Below, in pieces: positions 17,437-26,140 of a stretch of DNA of 61,258 nt. This DNA is from a virus (lineage: Duplodnaviria > Caudoviricetes). Position 1 is the stretch's first letter; each line of letters begins with the position of its first letter. The position numbers and the translations under genes were made by a program. Below the pieces are notes generated by a model. That model ran no database searches. It was given only the letters and a program-made list of their open reading frames with translations, and was not told the origin of the DNA. The stretch covers positions 1 to 61,258 of the IMG/VR virus record IMGVR_UViG_3300035204_001041; one strand, written 5' to 3'.

Positions 17437-19416
17437 TCAGGGGGCAGGCATTGGGAAACCACCGTTCATTCCTGATCTTCCAGCGGGTGTCTCACCCCAC
17501 GAATCAGCATAAACGCATGCCTGCGGGTCATAGAACAAAGTAAGTCGTGCGCCTTGTAAGCCAAACTCACTTCTACATTTATCTATGTGAACGGCTGCTG
17601 CCGGGTGTTCAACAGTACGCCCTGGGAGCACACGCTCTACCACAATACCAGTATGAGCATCCTGTCTGATAGCACTGGCTCCTTTCAAGTCACCGAGCTT
17701 TACACGTCGCTGCTGCGCAATAGACATATTGTTCGGATGGCAAATAAGAACAATAGTCATACCAAGCTGAACTGATAGCGTAGCGTAGTCACGAACTACG
17801 GCCTCAATAGCTTTGCGCTCATCATCTGCACCCTGGACCATAAACCCTAAGTGGTCAATCATTGCCCACCGTATGTCACGCCTTCGCGATGCATAGCTCA
17901 GCAAGTCACGCATCTGATCTGACGCAAGCTCACCATAATGATCGACCATGTAGATAGGTAGGGAACCAAGGGTCGCCATCGCTGACGCTCTTGTTCCCGC
18001 ATCTACTAGGGTGAAGTCACCGCCGACTTCTGCTCTCAGTAGTTTCTGCACGGTTCCTATGGGTCGTTGCTCAAATGAGGTCAGTAAAACCCCGACACCA
18101 CGCCTCGCTTGTTCCAGTGCTAGCCAGGTCGCAAAGCTCGTCTTCCCTGCTGCTGTGTCGCCAGTGACGACAATCAGTTCTGGCCTCCACCCACCAAGGG
18201 CTTCGTCCATTTTTTGCGATCCTATTGGAAGGCCTCTATGTGCTTGTGGTGAGCTTACTAGCTTTTCTACCTCTAAAGTATAAGCGTCAACCCTGACCAA
18301 TCCCGCTTCCAACAATGGTTGTGAGTTTTCCAAACATGCAATGACCCGTTTAGGGGAATGCCCTTGCCTCAGACATTCTGCGGCATCATTTTCTGGCAAC
18401 TTTGCTCTACTGCACCGATCACGGCCAAGCTTATCAGCGACAGTTTTTGCGCCTTTATCTCCAGCGTCATCTACGTCATAAACCAATATGAAATGTTCGT
18501 ATGGCTCCAATACATCCAGCCATTCATCTGCCCAAGTGCCTGCCCCCGCTGTACCGCTAACTACGTTCTCTTGCACCCCGAACTGCCACATGGCAACCAC
18601 ATCAAGCTCACCCTCGCAAATAATGATGTCCGCACATGGATCCTCTTTGATTTGTTTGATGCCAAACAGGGTGGTTGGTCTACCTGGGCAGCGTAGGTAG
18701 ATCTTCTTTACCTCCCCGGTATTGTGACATCGCTTACACCCATCCCCAGAACAGTAAAGGCATGGGCCAGGAACACTCCTAAAGCGCATGTTCACGCACT
18801 TGCCGCTCTTGTCTAATACTGGAATAGCAGCGTACTGCTCCTTTACCTGTCCAGCATTGTCTCTGACCAAGAGGGCACCGATATACCAAGCCTTCAGAGT
18901 CTCTTCCCTGAACCCGCGTGACTGAAGGTACGCAAGTGTCTGGGCACCATCGGCAGACCACAGGCTGTCCTCACACTCTGCCAAGATGTTCTTGTGCCAG
19001 GCAAACTTCTTATTGAAGTAGGAAGGGCCTGCACTTTTCGGTTTCTGTGCAGGAATCGCTTTTGTAATCTGAGCACCCCCCCACTTGTTATTCTGGTTTC
19101 CCAGCATTCCCCATTCCTGCATTTTTTGCTGAACTCTTTTTTTGCCGTCAGGACTTGCTTCTGCAAGAGTTTTCCCTTCCACAGCAAATGAAGCCAACTG
19201 CAAAGCATCACCTGATGCATCACACTGGAAACAACGCCACCCAGTACCTTCTGAGTTGACCCCAATAGGCCCCCTACGATCAGTGCTCCCCCTCGTTTCT
19301 GCGCCACACCTGGGGCACGGAGAAAGCCCATTGCCCCTCGTCCGTTTTAGGTTGAGGTTACTGCCTACACGCCAAACATCTGCACTCTTTAGTTCCTCAA
19401 TCCACGTTTTCGGCAC
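17437..19416 (-). CDS. Primase-helicase fusion (Zn finger + TOPRIM + DnaB-like SF4 helicase; T7 gp4/Twinkle-like)
   Basis: CPRC...CFQC; CEGELD and YDVDDAG TOPRIM motifs; GDTAAGKT, IDHL, DLKGASAIRQDA. Confidence 0.93.
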   Translation of the reverse strand: MPKTWIEELKSADVWRVGSNLNLKRTRGNGLSPCPRCGAETRGSTDRRGPIGVNSEGTGWRCFQCDASGDALQLASFAVEGKTLAEASPDGKKRVQQKMQEWGMLGNQNNKWGGAQITKAIPAQKPKSAGPSYFNKKFAWHKNILAECEDSLWSADGAQTLAYLQSRGFREETLKAWYIGALLVRDNAGQVKEQYAAIPVLDKSGKCVNMRFRSVPGPCLYCSGDGCKRCHNTGEVKKIYLRCPGRPTTLFGIKQIKEDPCADIIICEGELDVVAMWQFGVQENVVSGTAGAGTWADEWLDVLEPYEHFILVYDVDDAGDKGAKTVADKLGRDRCSRAKLPENDAAECLRQGHSPKRVIACLENSQPLLEAGLVRVDAYTLEVEKLVSSPQAHRGLPIGSQKMDEALGGWRPELIVVTGDTAAGKTSFATWLALEQARRGVGVLLTSFEQRPIGTVQKLLRAEVGGDFTLVDAGTRASAMATLGSLPIYMVDHYGELASDQMRDLLSYASRRRDIRWAMIDHLGFMVQGADDERKAIEAVVRDYATLSVQLGMTIVLICHPNNMSIAQQRRVKLGDLKGASAIRQDAHTGIVVERVLPGRTVEHPAAAVHIDKCRSEFGLQGARLTLFYDPQACVYADSWGETPAGRSGMNGGFPMPAP

Positions 19417-20551
19417 CTTTGCTCCCCGTTTTCATTACATAAAGATTGTTTCCATCTGAAGCGCGTTCATCACAGACAATGGCGTAGCCATGCCCCCTAA
19501 GCTCTGACACTCTGGCTGAATACTTCAAGGCTATTCCAGCAAGCTCTGAAGTCCTTACCCCACGATCTCCTCGCTGTTGGAACAGCAAAAGCATTTTCCT
19601 ACACTGCGCATTTAGGCGCTTAGGGCGTGGGTTAGGGCTGGTCTTAGTGCCTGCGGGCGCTTGTGGCGCTTGCGTATTGCTCACCATTGCATTTGGTGAT
19701 CGCCCACTCGCCACACCATTGGGTGACGGGCGGCGTGCCCTATATGCTGCCATTGGGCCGAGGTCAGTGCCATCAGTAGACTGAACAGCAGGGCCTTGCC
19801 TATCAAGCCACGCCTCCACCATCTGCAACCGTGACTCTATTTTCTTTGCTACAAACAAGTTGTCTAAGCCCAGGTAGGTTCTTCCGTTAGGGTTGTCACC
19901 CCTCCACCACCTTGGGCCAGGCTCATCAGCCTTGTACGCATAACGAATTAGGTTTACCAACTGTTCTGCACTTGCGTTTCTTAACCCCCCCCTAATGTTG
20001 TCCCTGGTTGCCGGGGAAAGCTTGCATGCATTAGGCCGCTTCTGTAGTTTCCGCCATTCTTCAAATACATGCTGTACATCTGCACTTGTAGAAGCAACTC
20101 CAGCGCCCTTAGATATCCCCCATGCTCTTGGGCATGCTTGTTTAGCTGCCTGTTCTGTCACCTTACCCGCATAGCCGCGCCTGATATTCAGCACATCCAT
20201 GACTTTGGATTTTGGGGGTGCTGGCAAGTCGGGGTTTCTTGCAACCTTCAGGGCACCAGAAGAGGGCTGATCGGAACTAAACCTAGGTATCCAGGCAAAC
20301 ATCCTGCCGCCTTCACCTACCCGCCAAACACACAACTCTCCTATGTCACAAAGCTCGGAAAGGAAATCTGGCGCAACTATTTCTACAACCCCATCGCGAT
20401 CAGCACGGGAAACTAACTCTAAATACTTCAGCTTCGCCTCTGGGCATAGTCCAGCTATTTTGCTGTCCACCCAAAACCAAGAACGAAGTACACGATCTTG
20501 ATTACTCACTACATACTCCTGGTGAAAGGCATCTGTTTTCGTCCACGCCAT
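19397..20551 (-). CDS. Putative replication initiator / replisome organiser with C-terminal wHTH
   Basis: Upstream of the primase-helicase; VFEEW...WWRGDN...GLDNLF segment; C-terminal ELAGIALKYSARVSELRGHGY HTH. Confidence 0.6.
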   Translation of the reverse strand: MAWTKTDAFHQEYVVSNQDRVLRSWFWVDSKIAGLCPEAKLKYLELVSRADRDGVVEIVAPDFLSELCDIGELCVWRVGEGGRMFAWIPRFSSDQPSSGALKVARNPDLPAPPKSKVMDVLNIRRGYAGKVTEQAAKQACPRAWGISKGAGVASTSADVQHVFEEWRKLQKRPNACKLSPATRDNIRGGLRNASAEQLVNLIRYAYKADEPGPRWWRGDNPNGRTYLGLDNLFVAKKIESRLQMVEAWLDRQGPAVQSTDGTDLGPMAAYRARRPSPNGVASGRSPNAMVSNTQAPQAPAGTKTSPNPRPKRLNAQCRKMLLLFQQRGDRGVRTSELAGIALKYSARVSELRGHGYAIVCDERASDGNNLYVMKTGSKGAENVD

Positions 20552-20616
20552 GCCTTCCTGCGCGTGCTCCCATGCCCAGGAGCAAGGACTAAAGCCAAAC
20601 TAGTAGCCGCTACTAC

Positions 20617-21129
20617 TTAGAACGGGATGTCTGCCTCTTGGTTTTGGTTAGCTTTAGCAATGCCTTTCAAGTGAAAGTCTTCAGCATCAGCCACAAGGCG
20701 TTCCATATTTTCTGTAATGTCTCCGCTCCACGATTTATATCGCTGGCATCGCATTTTCACCGAACCATCATCTCTAGTCTCCGGCTCACAATCTACTAAG
20801 ATCGGGGTGGCGGTAAGGATGTTGTCCGTAGCCTGCTGGTTCTCCGCATCCCATGGTTCTTGCACACCTGAAGCACGCGCAAACTGGGCAAGCTTCCATG
20901 CAGCACGCTCGGTTAGCGTAAATGTGTCCCAAATAAAAGCACCTACATCAGTGCCGCCATCGGGATCATCAACACACACAAAGCGCACGTCGATCTTTAC
21001 GTTGCCTGCTCGCGACTCACCCCATTTGGTGCCTGCCGCCCACAAGACCTTTTGCCCTGCACGGATTTCTGGTCGGCGCGGTGCTCCGCCTCCCGCATTT
21101 TCATCAACTGGATTTATCATTAAAGCCAT
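20617..21129 (-). CDS. DUF669-like single-stranded DNA-binding protein
   Basis: SRAGN..I, AAWKLAQF and acidic DIPF C-terminal tail; follows the Sak4-like ATPase. Confidence 0.75.
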   Translation of the reverse strand: MALMINPVDENAGGGAPRRPEIRAGQKVLWAAGTKWGESRAGNVKIDVRFVCVDDPDGGTDVGAFIWDTFTLTERAAWKLAQFARASGVQEPWDAENQQATDNILTATPILVDCEPETRDDGSVKMRCQRYKSWSGDITENMERLVADAEDFHLKGIAKANQNQEADIPF

Positions 21130-21138
21130 TAGTACCTC

Positions 21139-21960
21139 CTACTGGCTGACTTGGTTGTTGTTTGGGCGCCTACGGCGTCCGGTTGAACTTGTTTTTTTCT
21201 TCTTTGGATCCGGCGCAACATCTTGGGTGCCTTCCGGCCCCGTTGCACCAATCTTTTCTAAAATCGCTCCTACATTCGGCTCTTCCACAGCGTCAAGCCC
21301 TGGAAGGCTCTTAGTCATATAGTTTGAAGGGCCGCGAAACATTACACGGTGTTGGACATGCACTGCCTCGTCCTGCACCACCTGTTCCCGAAACACATAG
21401 CCGACTGCTGAAAAGTACCCACAGATCTCGTTAGGCATTTTTCGCCCTTCAAACGAAGGCATCGCATGGCGAGTACCAGTAGCCTCATCGAACTCATATT
21501 GAGCAAGGGCAGTACACACGACAGTAAAAGGCAGGTCACGGACTGTGCGGATCATCTTGCGCATACGATCCGTAAGCAGCCCCCAATCAGCCAAAGTGAA
21601 CTTTGCTGCGGCACCAGGCGTGGCACCTTTCTGCTTCATAATGTCGTCTTTAATAAGCCTCTGCATTTCTGTAAGGCTATCGATCACAATGGTTTCACAC
21701 CCAGTGAGTTCCTTAAGCCTGCCATTGAAGCAGTCCTTGAAGAACGCATACACCTTGTCTAAGGAATCTGCCTCTACCACAACCGCTTGCGGATTAGTCG
21801 CTTGAATAGTCATCAAGCCATTAGGCTCAACTAACAAAACCACCGGCTTTGGTGAAAGGCATGCGAGCCTGGTCTTGCCTGAACCACTGTCTCCCAGAAA
21901 CAGCAGCTTCGCAGTTTTCGGCAACTCATGTGCCTGTTTGTATTCTAAAACATCGGACAT
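21139..21960 (-). CDS. Sak4-like / AAA_24 ATPase (single-strand annealing recombinase)
   Basis: GDSGSGKT, TIVIDSLTE, DWG motifs. Confidence 0.85.
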   Translation of the reverse strand: MSDVLEYKQAHELPKTAKLLFLGDSGSGKTRLACLSPKPVVLLVEPNGLMTIQATNPQAVVVEADSLDKVYAFFKDCFNGRLKELTGCETIVIDSLTEMQRLIKDDIMKQKGATPGAAAKFTLADWGLLTDRMRKMIRTVRDLPFTVVCTALAQYEFDEATGTRHAMPSFEGRKMPNEICGYFSAVGYVFREQVVQDEAVHVQHRVMFRGPSNYMTKSLPGLDAVEEPNVGAILEKIGATGPEGTQDVAPDPKKKKTSSTGRRRRPNNNQVSQ

Positions 21961-23360
21961 TGGGTATTCTCCTCACTGGATAAACCAGCATTTCTATGTA
22001 GCCATTGAAGTTTTTCGCGCTGAATGAAACCAGTGTTAGGCATTCCCAAATAGCCCTCGATCATCTGATCCAGAGAATGGCCCCCCTCCATACAAATGCC
22101 AGCGAATGAACAGCTTGAGCCTGGGCCACGGCAAAATGGCACACGAGGAAAGCCGCTCAACACATCCTGCTCTGTCTCTGCCGTGACAAGAGATCTGTAC
22201 ATTTTCGCAAACCGCTGAACATCAACAAACAGTTCACGCCGATACCGATCAAGCACTTCCGCAGATGGGTGCCCCCACTCACGGTGATAAAGCTTTGGGT
22301 CTACCTTTTCCTTTAAGTCATGCACAAGTTGTTTAGCTGACTGAACATACTCAACATCCAGGCTAACGCTGCTTTCCATAAGCGCCCGCATGCTTTCCTC
22401 AAACTTCCAGCTAGGGCACGTTTGGGACGTAGCTAAGGAGAGCCGCCCATTCTTTAGCACTCTTGGTGTAGCGTGCTTGCGGCTGGATGAAACGTCCCAA
22501 ACGTACCCTTTTACTGTTCCTGGGAATGTCTTATTTTCTGATAATGCTAGGACATAGCCTGGCACTTGGTTGTCTAAGTGGAGGTCTTTGCCATACGAAA
22601 GTGGGTTTGCAGAGGTCTTAAACTCTAAAACGTATACATCGTTGGTTTTCTTATGGCGCAATATCGCATCAAGTCTGCCGACTTGGTACCAAGGAAGGCG
22701 CACCATTTTCCATGGTTGTTTTTCTCTAAAAGAAGCAACCCTCCAGCCTGCTGCTGTTTCTACAACAGGCACCTGGGAAGAGTATATTTTGCCGGTATCT
22801 GGGTGCCTTACAGGCAGGCACACTGGCACCTCTACACCCACAATGTCGTAGTTCTCAGGCCCTTTGTCTCCATAGCGCTTTAGATAGCCAGAAGCAGCGT
22901 CGTAAAGCGACTGTATGATGCCGTCTGCACCACCATACTTTTCCGCAAAACTGTCCCAGTAATCCCGGTTGCTATCAACCTCTTCCCTTATACGCGCAAG
23001 CGGGCCTAAAGAAGTCCCGTGGCACATTTCACAATCTGCATTGTGGTTCCTACCATGTTCTACACCTGAACAGATGAGCATGTACTCGGGCTTATATGCG
23101 CATGATTCACCGTCTACGCTGCGCGTAATCGCCCAGTGTGTGTAAATGTCCTCAAGTATGGCGTGGTAGAAAGATCCCCAACGCATGGCGATACTTGGCG
23201 GTGTCGCAAGGCTGCGCCCATACGAAAACATCCACCGCCTACTGCACCAGGCTTCGCGCCTTTCACTGTTACTTAGGACCATCGCGCCATCAGGCAAACC
23301 CGCAATATGATTATCGTCATATCTGGGCGCAATAGTCTTTTTTGGGCGAAAACGCCTCAT
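21945..23360 (-). CDS. PD-(D/E)XK exonuclease (Cas4/RecB-like, Fe-S type)
   Basis: WCSRR, GSFYHAILE, GRLDAI...LEFKT, QVPGY, C-terminal C..C...C cluster. Confidence 0.85.
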   Translation of the reverse strand: MRRFRPKKTIAPRYDDNHIAGLPDGAMVLSNSERREAWCSRRWMFSYGRSLATPPSIAMRWGSFYHAILEDIYTHWAITRSVDGESCAYKPEYMLICSGVEHGRNHNADCEMCHGTSLGPLARIREEVDSNRDYWDSFAEKYGGADGIIQSLYDAASGYLKRYGDKGPENYDIVGVEVPVCLPVRHPDTGKIYSSQVPVVETAAGWRVASFREKQPWKMVRLPWYQVGRLDAILRHKKTNDVYVLEFKTSANPLSYGKDLHLDNQVPGYVLALSENKTFPGTVKGYVWDVSSSRKHATPRVLKNGRLSLATSQTCPSWKFEESMRALMESSVSLDVEYVQSAKQLVHDLKEKVDPKLYHREWGHPSAEVLDRYRRELFVDVQRFAKMYRSLVTAETEQDVLSGFPRVPFCRGPGSSCSFAGICMEGGHSLDQMIEGYLGMPNTGFIQREKLQWLHRNAGLSSEENTQCPMF

Positions 23361-23460
23361 GTTGCCCTCCTACCGGCTATTACCCTTATAGGGTTACGCA
23401 CCAAAATCCGCAACGGTCACTGACTACTTATACTTCACCAGCATGCCAAAAAGTGTCCGG

Positions 23461-23697
23461 CTAGTTGCATGGGATACTATAGTGAAAACCATCCTTAGAT
23501 TTTATCGTCACGCTTCTACTTGTTACCCGAACTACACGGCCAGCATTGCCCATATTCTGGCCTGTCATAAATGCTGAACAAGGCACTGCATTACCTCGTC
23601 TATGCAGCCTATCTTCCTCCCAAGACTTCAATGGCCTGGGCGGGATGTAGCAGGCGCTCAATAAAACACTAAAAAGCAAAGATAGCCTAAACATCAC
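23461..23697 (-). CDS. Small putative lipoprotein
   Basis: Hydrophobic N-terminus ending in the lipobox LLSAC. Confidence 0.6.
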   Translation of the reverse strand: MMFRLSLLFSVLLSACYIPPRPLKSWEEDRLHRRGNAVPCSAFMTGQNMGNAGRVVRVTSRSVTIKSKDGFHYSIPCN

Positions 23698-23891
23698 CCA
23701 CCTCCTTCGGTGATGGCAGTGATTTGGATATTGCAGAACTTGATTGTGTCCACCACGTCAGATGGGTTGTGCTTTAGCAATGCTGCACGGGCAGCCTCTC
23801 TATTTTCCGCTTGGATTTCTATTGAGAAAATCCCTACTGATCTGCTGTTTTTACCCAACACTTCGATAGCGATTAAGAATCTACCCATCAC
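23694..23891 (-). CDS. Hypothetical protein
   Basis: 65 aa, GGAGGTGAGTGATG start context. Confidence 0.7.
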   Translation of the reverse strand: MMGRFLIAIEVLGKNSRSVGIFSIEIQAENREAARAALLKHNPSDVVDTIKFCNIQITAITEGGG

Positions 23892-24135
23892 TCACCTCCA
23901 CAATGAAGCTCATCACATATTCAGGGATAGTTTCTTCAAATAGGTGTGTGAACTGACTAGGTGCTGGGACAACTCGCTGATCCTTGAAAATATCGTCACT
24001 AAGGATCTCAACAAGATGCTCTGCATCTGCTTTGGATGTGCATGAGATCGTTGATCCCTTGAACCGCACAAAGATTTCGCCACCTGGGCCGCCCCATATA
24101 TGGGGGCGGTAATCATACTTTTCTACTTGTGCCAT
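23881..24135 (-). CDS. Hypothetical protein
   Basis: 84 aa, TAGCCGGTAGGAGGG leader. Confidence 0.75.
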   Translation of the reverse strand: MAQVEKYDYRPHIWGGPGGEIFVRFKGSTISCTSKADAEHLVEILSDDIFKDQRVVPAPSQFTHLFEETIPEYVMSFIVEVSDG

Positions 24136-24183
24136 ATTACCCTCCTACCGGCTAAACACACAAACACCCTACCACTAAAAAGG

Positions 24184-24414
24184 TTAGCGCACAACCCTAT
24201 TGGTCATACTGTATGTGCCTTTTTTGGACCGCGTAGTGTCTGGCTTAATGAGCCTTACATTCTTTAGTGGGTAGTCTATGATCTCCCTAACCTTGCCAAG
24301 CTTGAAGATTACCTTCACCCTCTGGTGGCCCCACTTATTGAAAAGCTCAATGACAGATCCCTTTCTGCCATCATGCGTTTCAACCTCGTCATTGATTCTA
24401 ATCTTTGCCAACAA
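24184..24414 (-). CDS. Small basic SH3/KOW-like hypothetical protein
   Basis: 76 aa, abuts the helicase stop; IRINDEVET...GSVIE pattern. Confidence 0.6.
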   Translation of the reverse strand: MLAKIRINDEVETHDGRKGSVIELFNKWGHQRVKVIFKLGKVREIIDYPLKNVRLIKPDTTRSKKGTYSMTNRVVR

Positions 24415-25935
24415 TCACCTCTTCCTTGTATTTTTCAGCGCCTCTAACAGAGCGCTTAGTGCATTAGTGCGAGAAACCAGGGCTGGTATTTTCGCGTTTA
24501 TCGCATTCCTATAGGCAAGGGCGCGAGCCTGCCATTGCCTATGATAAACCGGATCTTGGTCCACTAAGTCTACCACCACAGGGGTAGCTTTTCCTTCACA
24601 AACCCTCATAGCTCGGCCAATTCTTTGTATTGCTCTGCCACCAGCCTTCCCAGTGCTAGCATTTACTAAGAAGTCTAAGTTCGGAACATCTAGCCCCTCG
24701 TCAGCTAGTTGCGTAGCAACAACAGCCTGTAGCCTTCCTTTTCTAAGATCTGATAGTGCCCTTTCTCTGGCCTTTTTGTGCATTTTCCCGGTAACTGCTT
24801 TGCAGTCTATTCCACGCATAGAGATTTGGTCTGCAAGCCAATAGGCCAACTTTACGCGAGGCACCAAAATTAGGCAGGTTCGTCCATCTTCAGCACCAAT
24901 CATGGAGATTTCTACAAGCAACTCCTTACGCTCTTCATCGTCGCACAGGTAGTTTAGCGCTTTTGCGCTTTTCTTAGTCCCGCCGTGCTGTTTTCCCCAT
25001 GCGCTCAAAGGCACGCTTACACCAGTCGATATAGGGACGATAGAAGGCATGATTAGGAAGCCCTGTTCCACCAAATGCCTGGGCTTCATGGAGTACAACA
25101 TCGGCCCAATAAACATTGGCAATAGGCACCCCCAACCATCAGGCCGGTCAGGTGTCGCGGTTAAGCCCCACCTGTAGCGAGCAGGTAGTTCTTTAAACAA
25201 GGACCTAAAGCTATCTGCGGGCGCATGGTGGCATTCATCCAGTAATACTGCCCCTGCTGATTTGAGCAATGGGCCACGCTTCAGTTGGTTAGCATGAAGC
25301 GTCTGAACCATCGCCACACAAATCTCGTCGTCTTTCAGTGGCCGCCATCGGTAATCACCACCACCTGAACTCACTTTACGCACATCGCAAGCGTACATAT
25401 TCTCAAATACACCGCACCACTGAAGCAACAAGTCTTCCGTATGCACTAAAACAATAGAAGGCTGGCCAGAAGCCACAATAGCAGCCGCACCAAGGACAGT
25501 TTTCCCGGCACCACAAGGCAATGCAATGTAGCCCTGGACCCTGTCTAGCATCAACTTTACAGCCTGCTGTTGGTAATCCCTAAGATTCACCCCCAAATCC
25601 ATTAGGGGCACTAAATCACAAGATCTTTTAGTGACCTTGATGTTCCCATCAACATTGATAGACGCGCCATTCCTGCTAGCGAGTGAAGAAACTGTTGTGT
25701 ATGCGCCCCTGGGCAGCACCATCTCCTCTTCCCAAGTCGGGCCTGATCTCATCCTATAAAAATTAACGTGCCTTTGAACATGGGTACTATCCAATCCAAT
25801 CTTACGCCTCTTCTCCAACTCTGGGTTCTTGATTACAAAGTGCTGAGCAATCGCCCAACGAAGAGATTTTGGGATCGATTTGTGATCAAGAGAAAGCTCT
25901 GAATCAACCCTGGCGTTGATGATTGTTTTACTCAT
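24415..25935 (-). CDS. Superfamily 2 (DEAD/DEAH-like) helicase
   Basis: LRDYQ, PCGAGKT, DECHH, GLTATP, EGLDVP, QRIGR; start placed at ATG 25935. Confidence 0.93.
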   Translation of the reverse strand: MSKTIINARVDSELSLDHKSIPKSLRWAIAQHFVIKNPELEKRRKIGLDSTHVQRHVNFYRMRSGPTWEEEMVLPRGAYTTVSSLASRNGASINVDGNIKVTKRSCDLVPLMDLGVNLRDYQQQAVKLMLDRVQGYIALPCGAGKTVLGAAAIVASGQPSIVLVHTEDLLLQWCGVFENMYACDVRKVSSGGGDYRWRPLKDDEICVAMVQTLHANQLKRGPLLKSAGAVLLDECHHAPADSFRSLFKELPARYRWGLTATPDRPDGWGCLLPMFIGPMLYSMKPRHLVEQGFLIMPSIVPISTGVSVPLSAWGKQHGGTKKSAKALNYLCDDEERKELLVEISMIGAEDGRTCLILVPRVKLAYWLADQISMRGIDCKAVTGKMHKKARERALSDLRKGRLQAVVATQLADEGLDVPNLDFLVNASTGKAGGRAIQRIGRAMRVCEGKATPVVVDLVDQDPVYHRQWQARALAYRNAINAKIPALVSRTNALSALLEALKNTRKR

Positions 25936-25942
25936 AAAAATG

Positions 25943-26015
25943 AAGGGGGAGGAGCAATCGTCGGGTGGGAACGACAAGGTTGCAAATGTAGGAGGGCAAC
26001 CCGCTCCTCCCCCTT
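25943..26015. ncRNA. Predicted three-way-junction RNA/DNA structure between divergent genes
   Basis: Perfect 13-bp closing stem (25943-25955 / 26003-26015) enclosing hairpins GTCG/CGAC and GGTTGC/GCAACC; T-rich flanks. Expression not shown. Confidence 0.5.
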
Positions 26016-26140
26016 GTTCTTTTAGGTCTTTTCAGCAATTTTCGCATCTTTTGTGCGTTTTTGCCACCAGCAGCCTATAAATAAAACAATGCCCCGCCCA
26101 GGTTAACGGCCCAGGCGAGGCGAACACCAGTAGTGGAGTA

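Noticed and set aside
21945-23360. Cas4-like nuclease as a CRISPR component
   Set aside because: It sits in the standard nuclease-Sak4-SSB recombination module.
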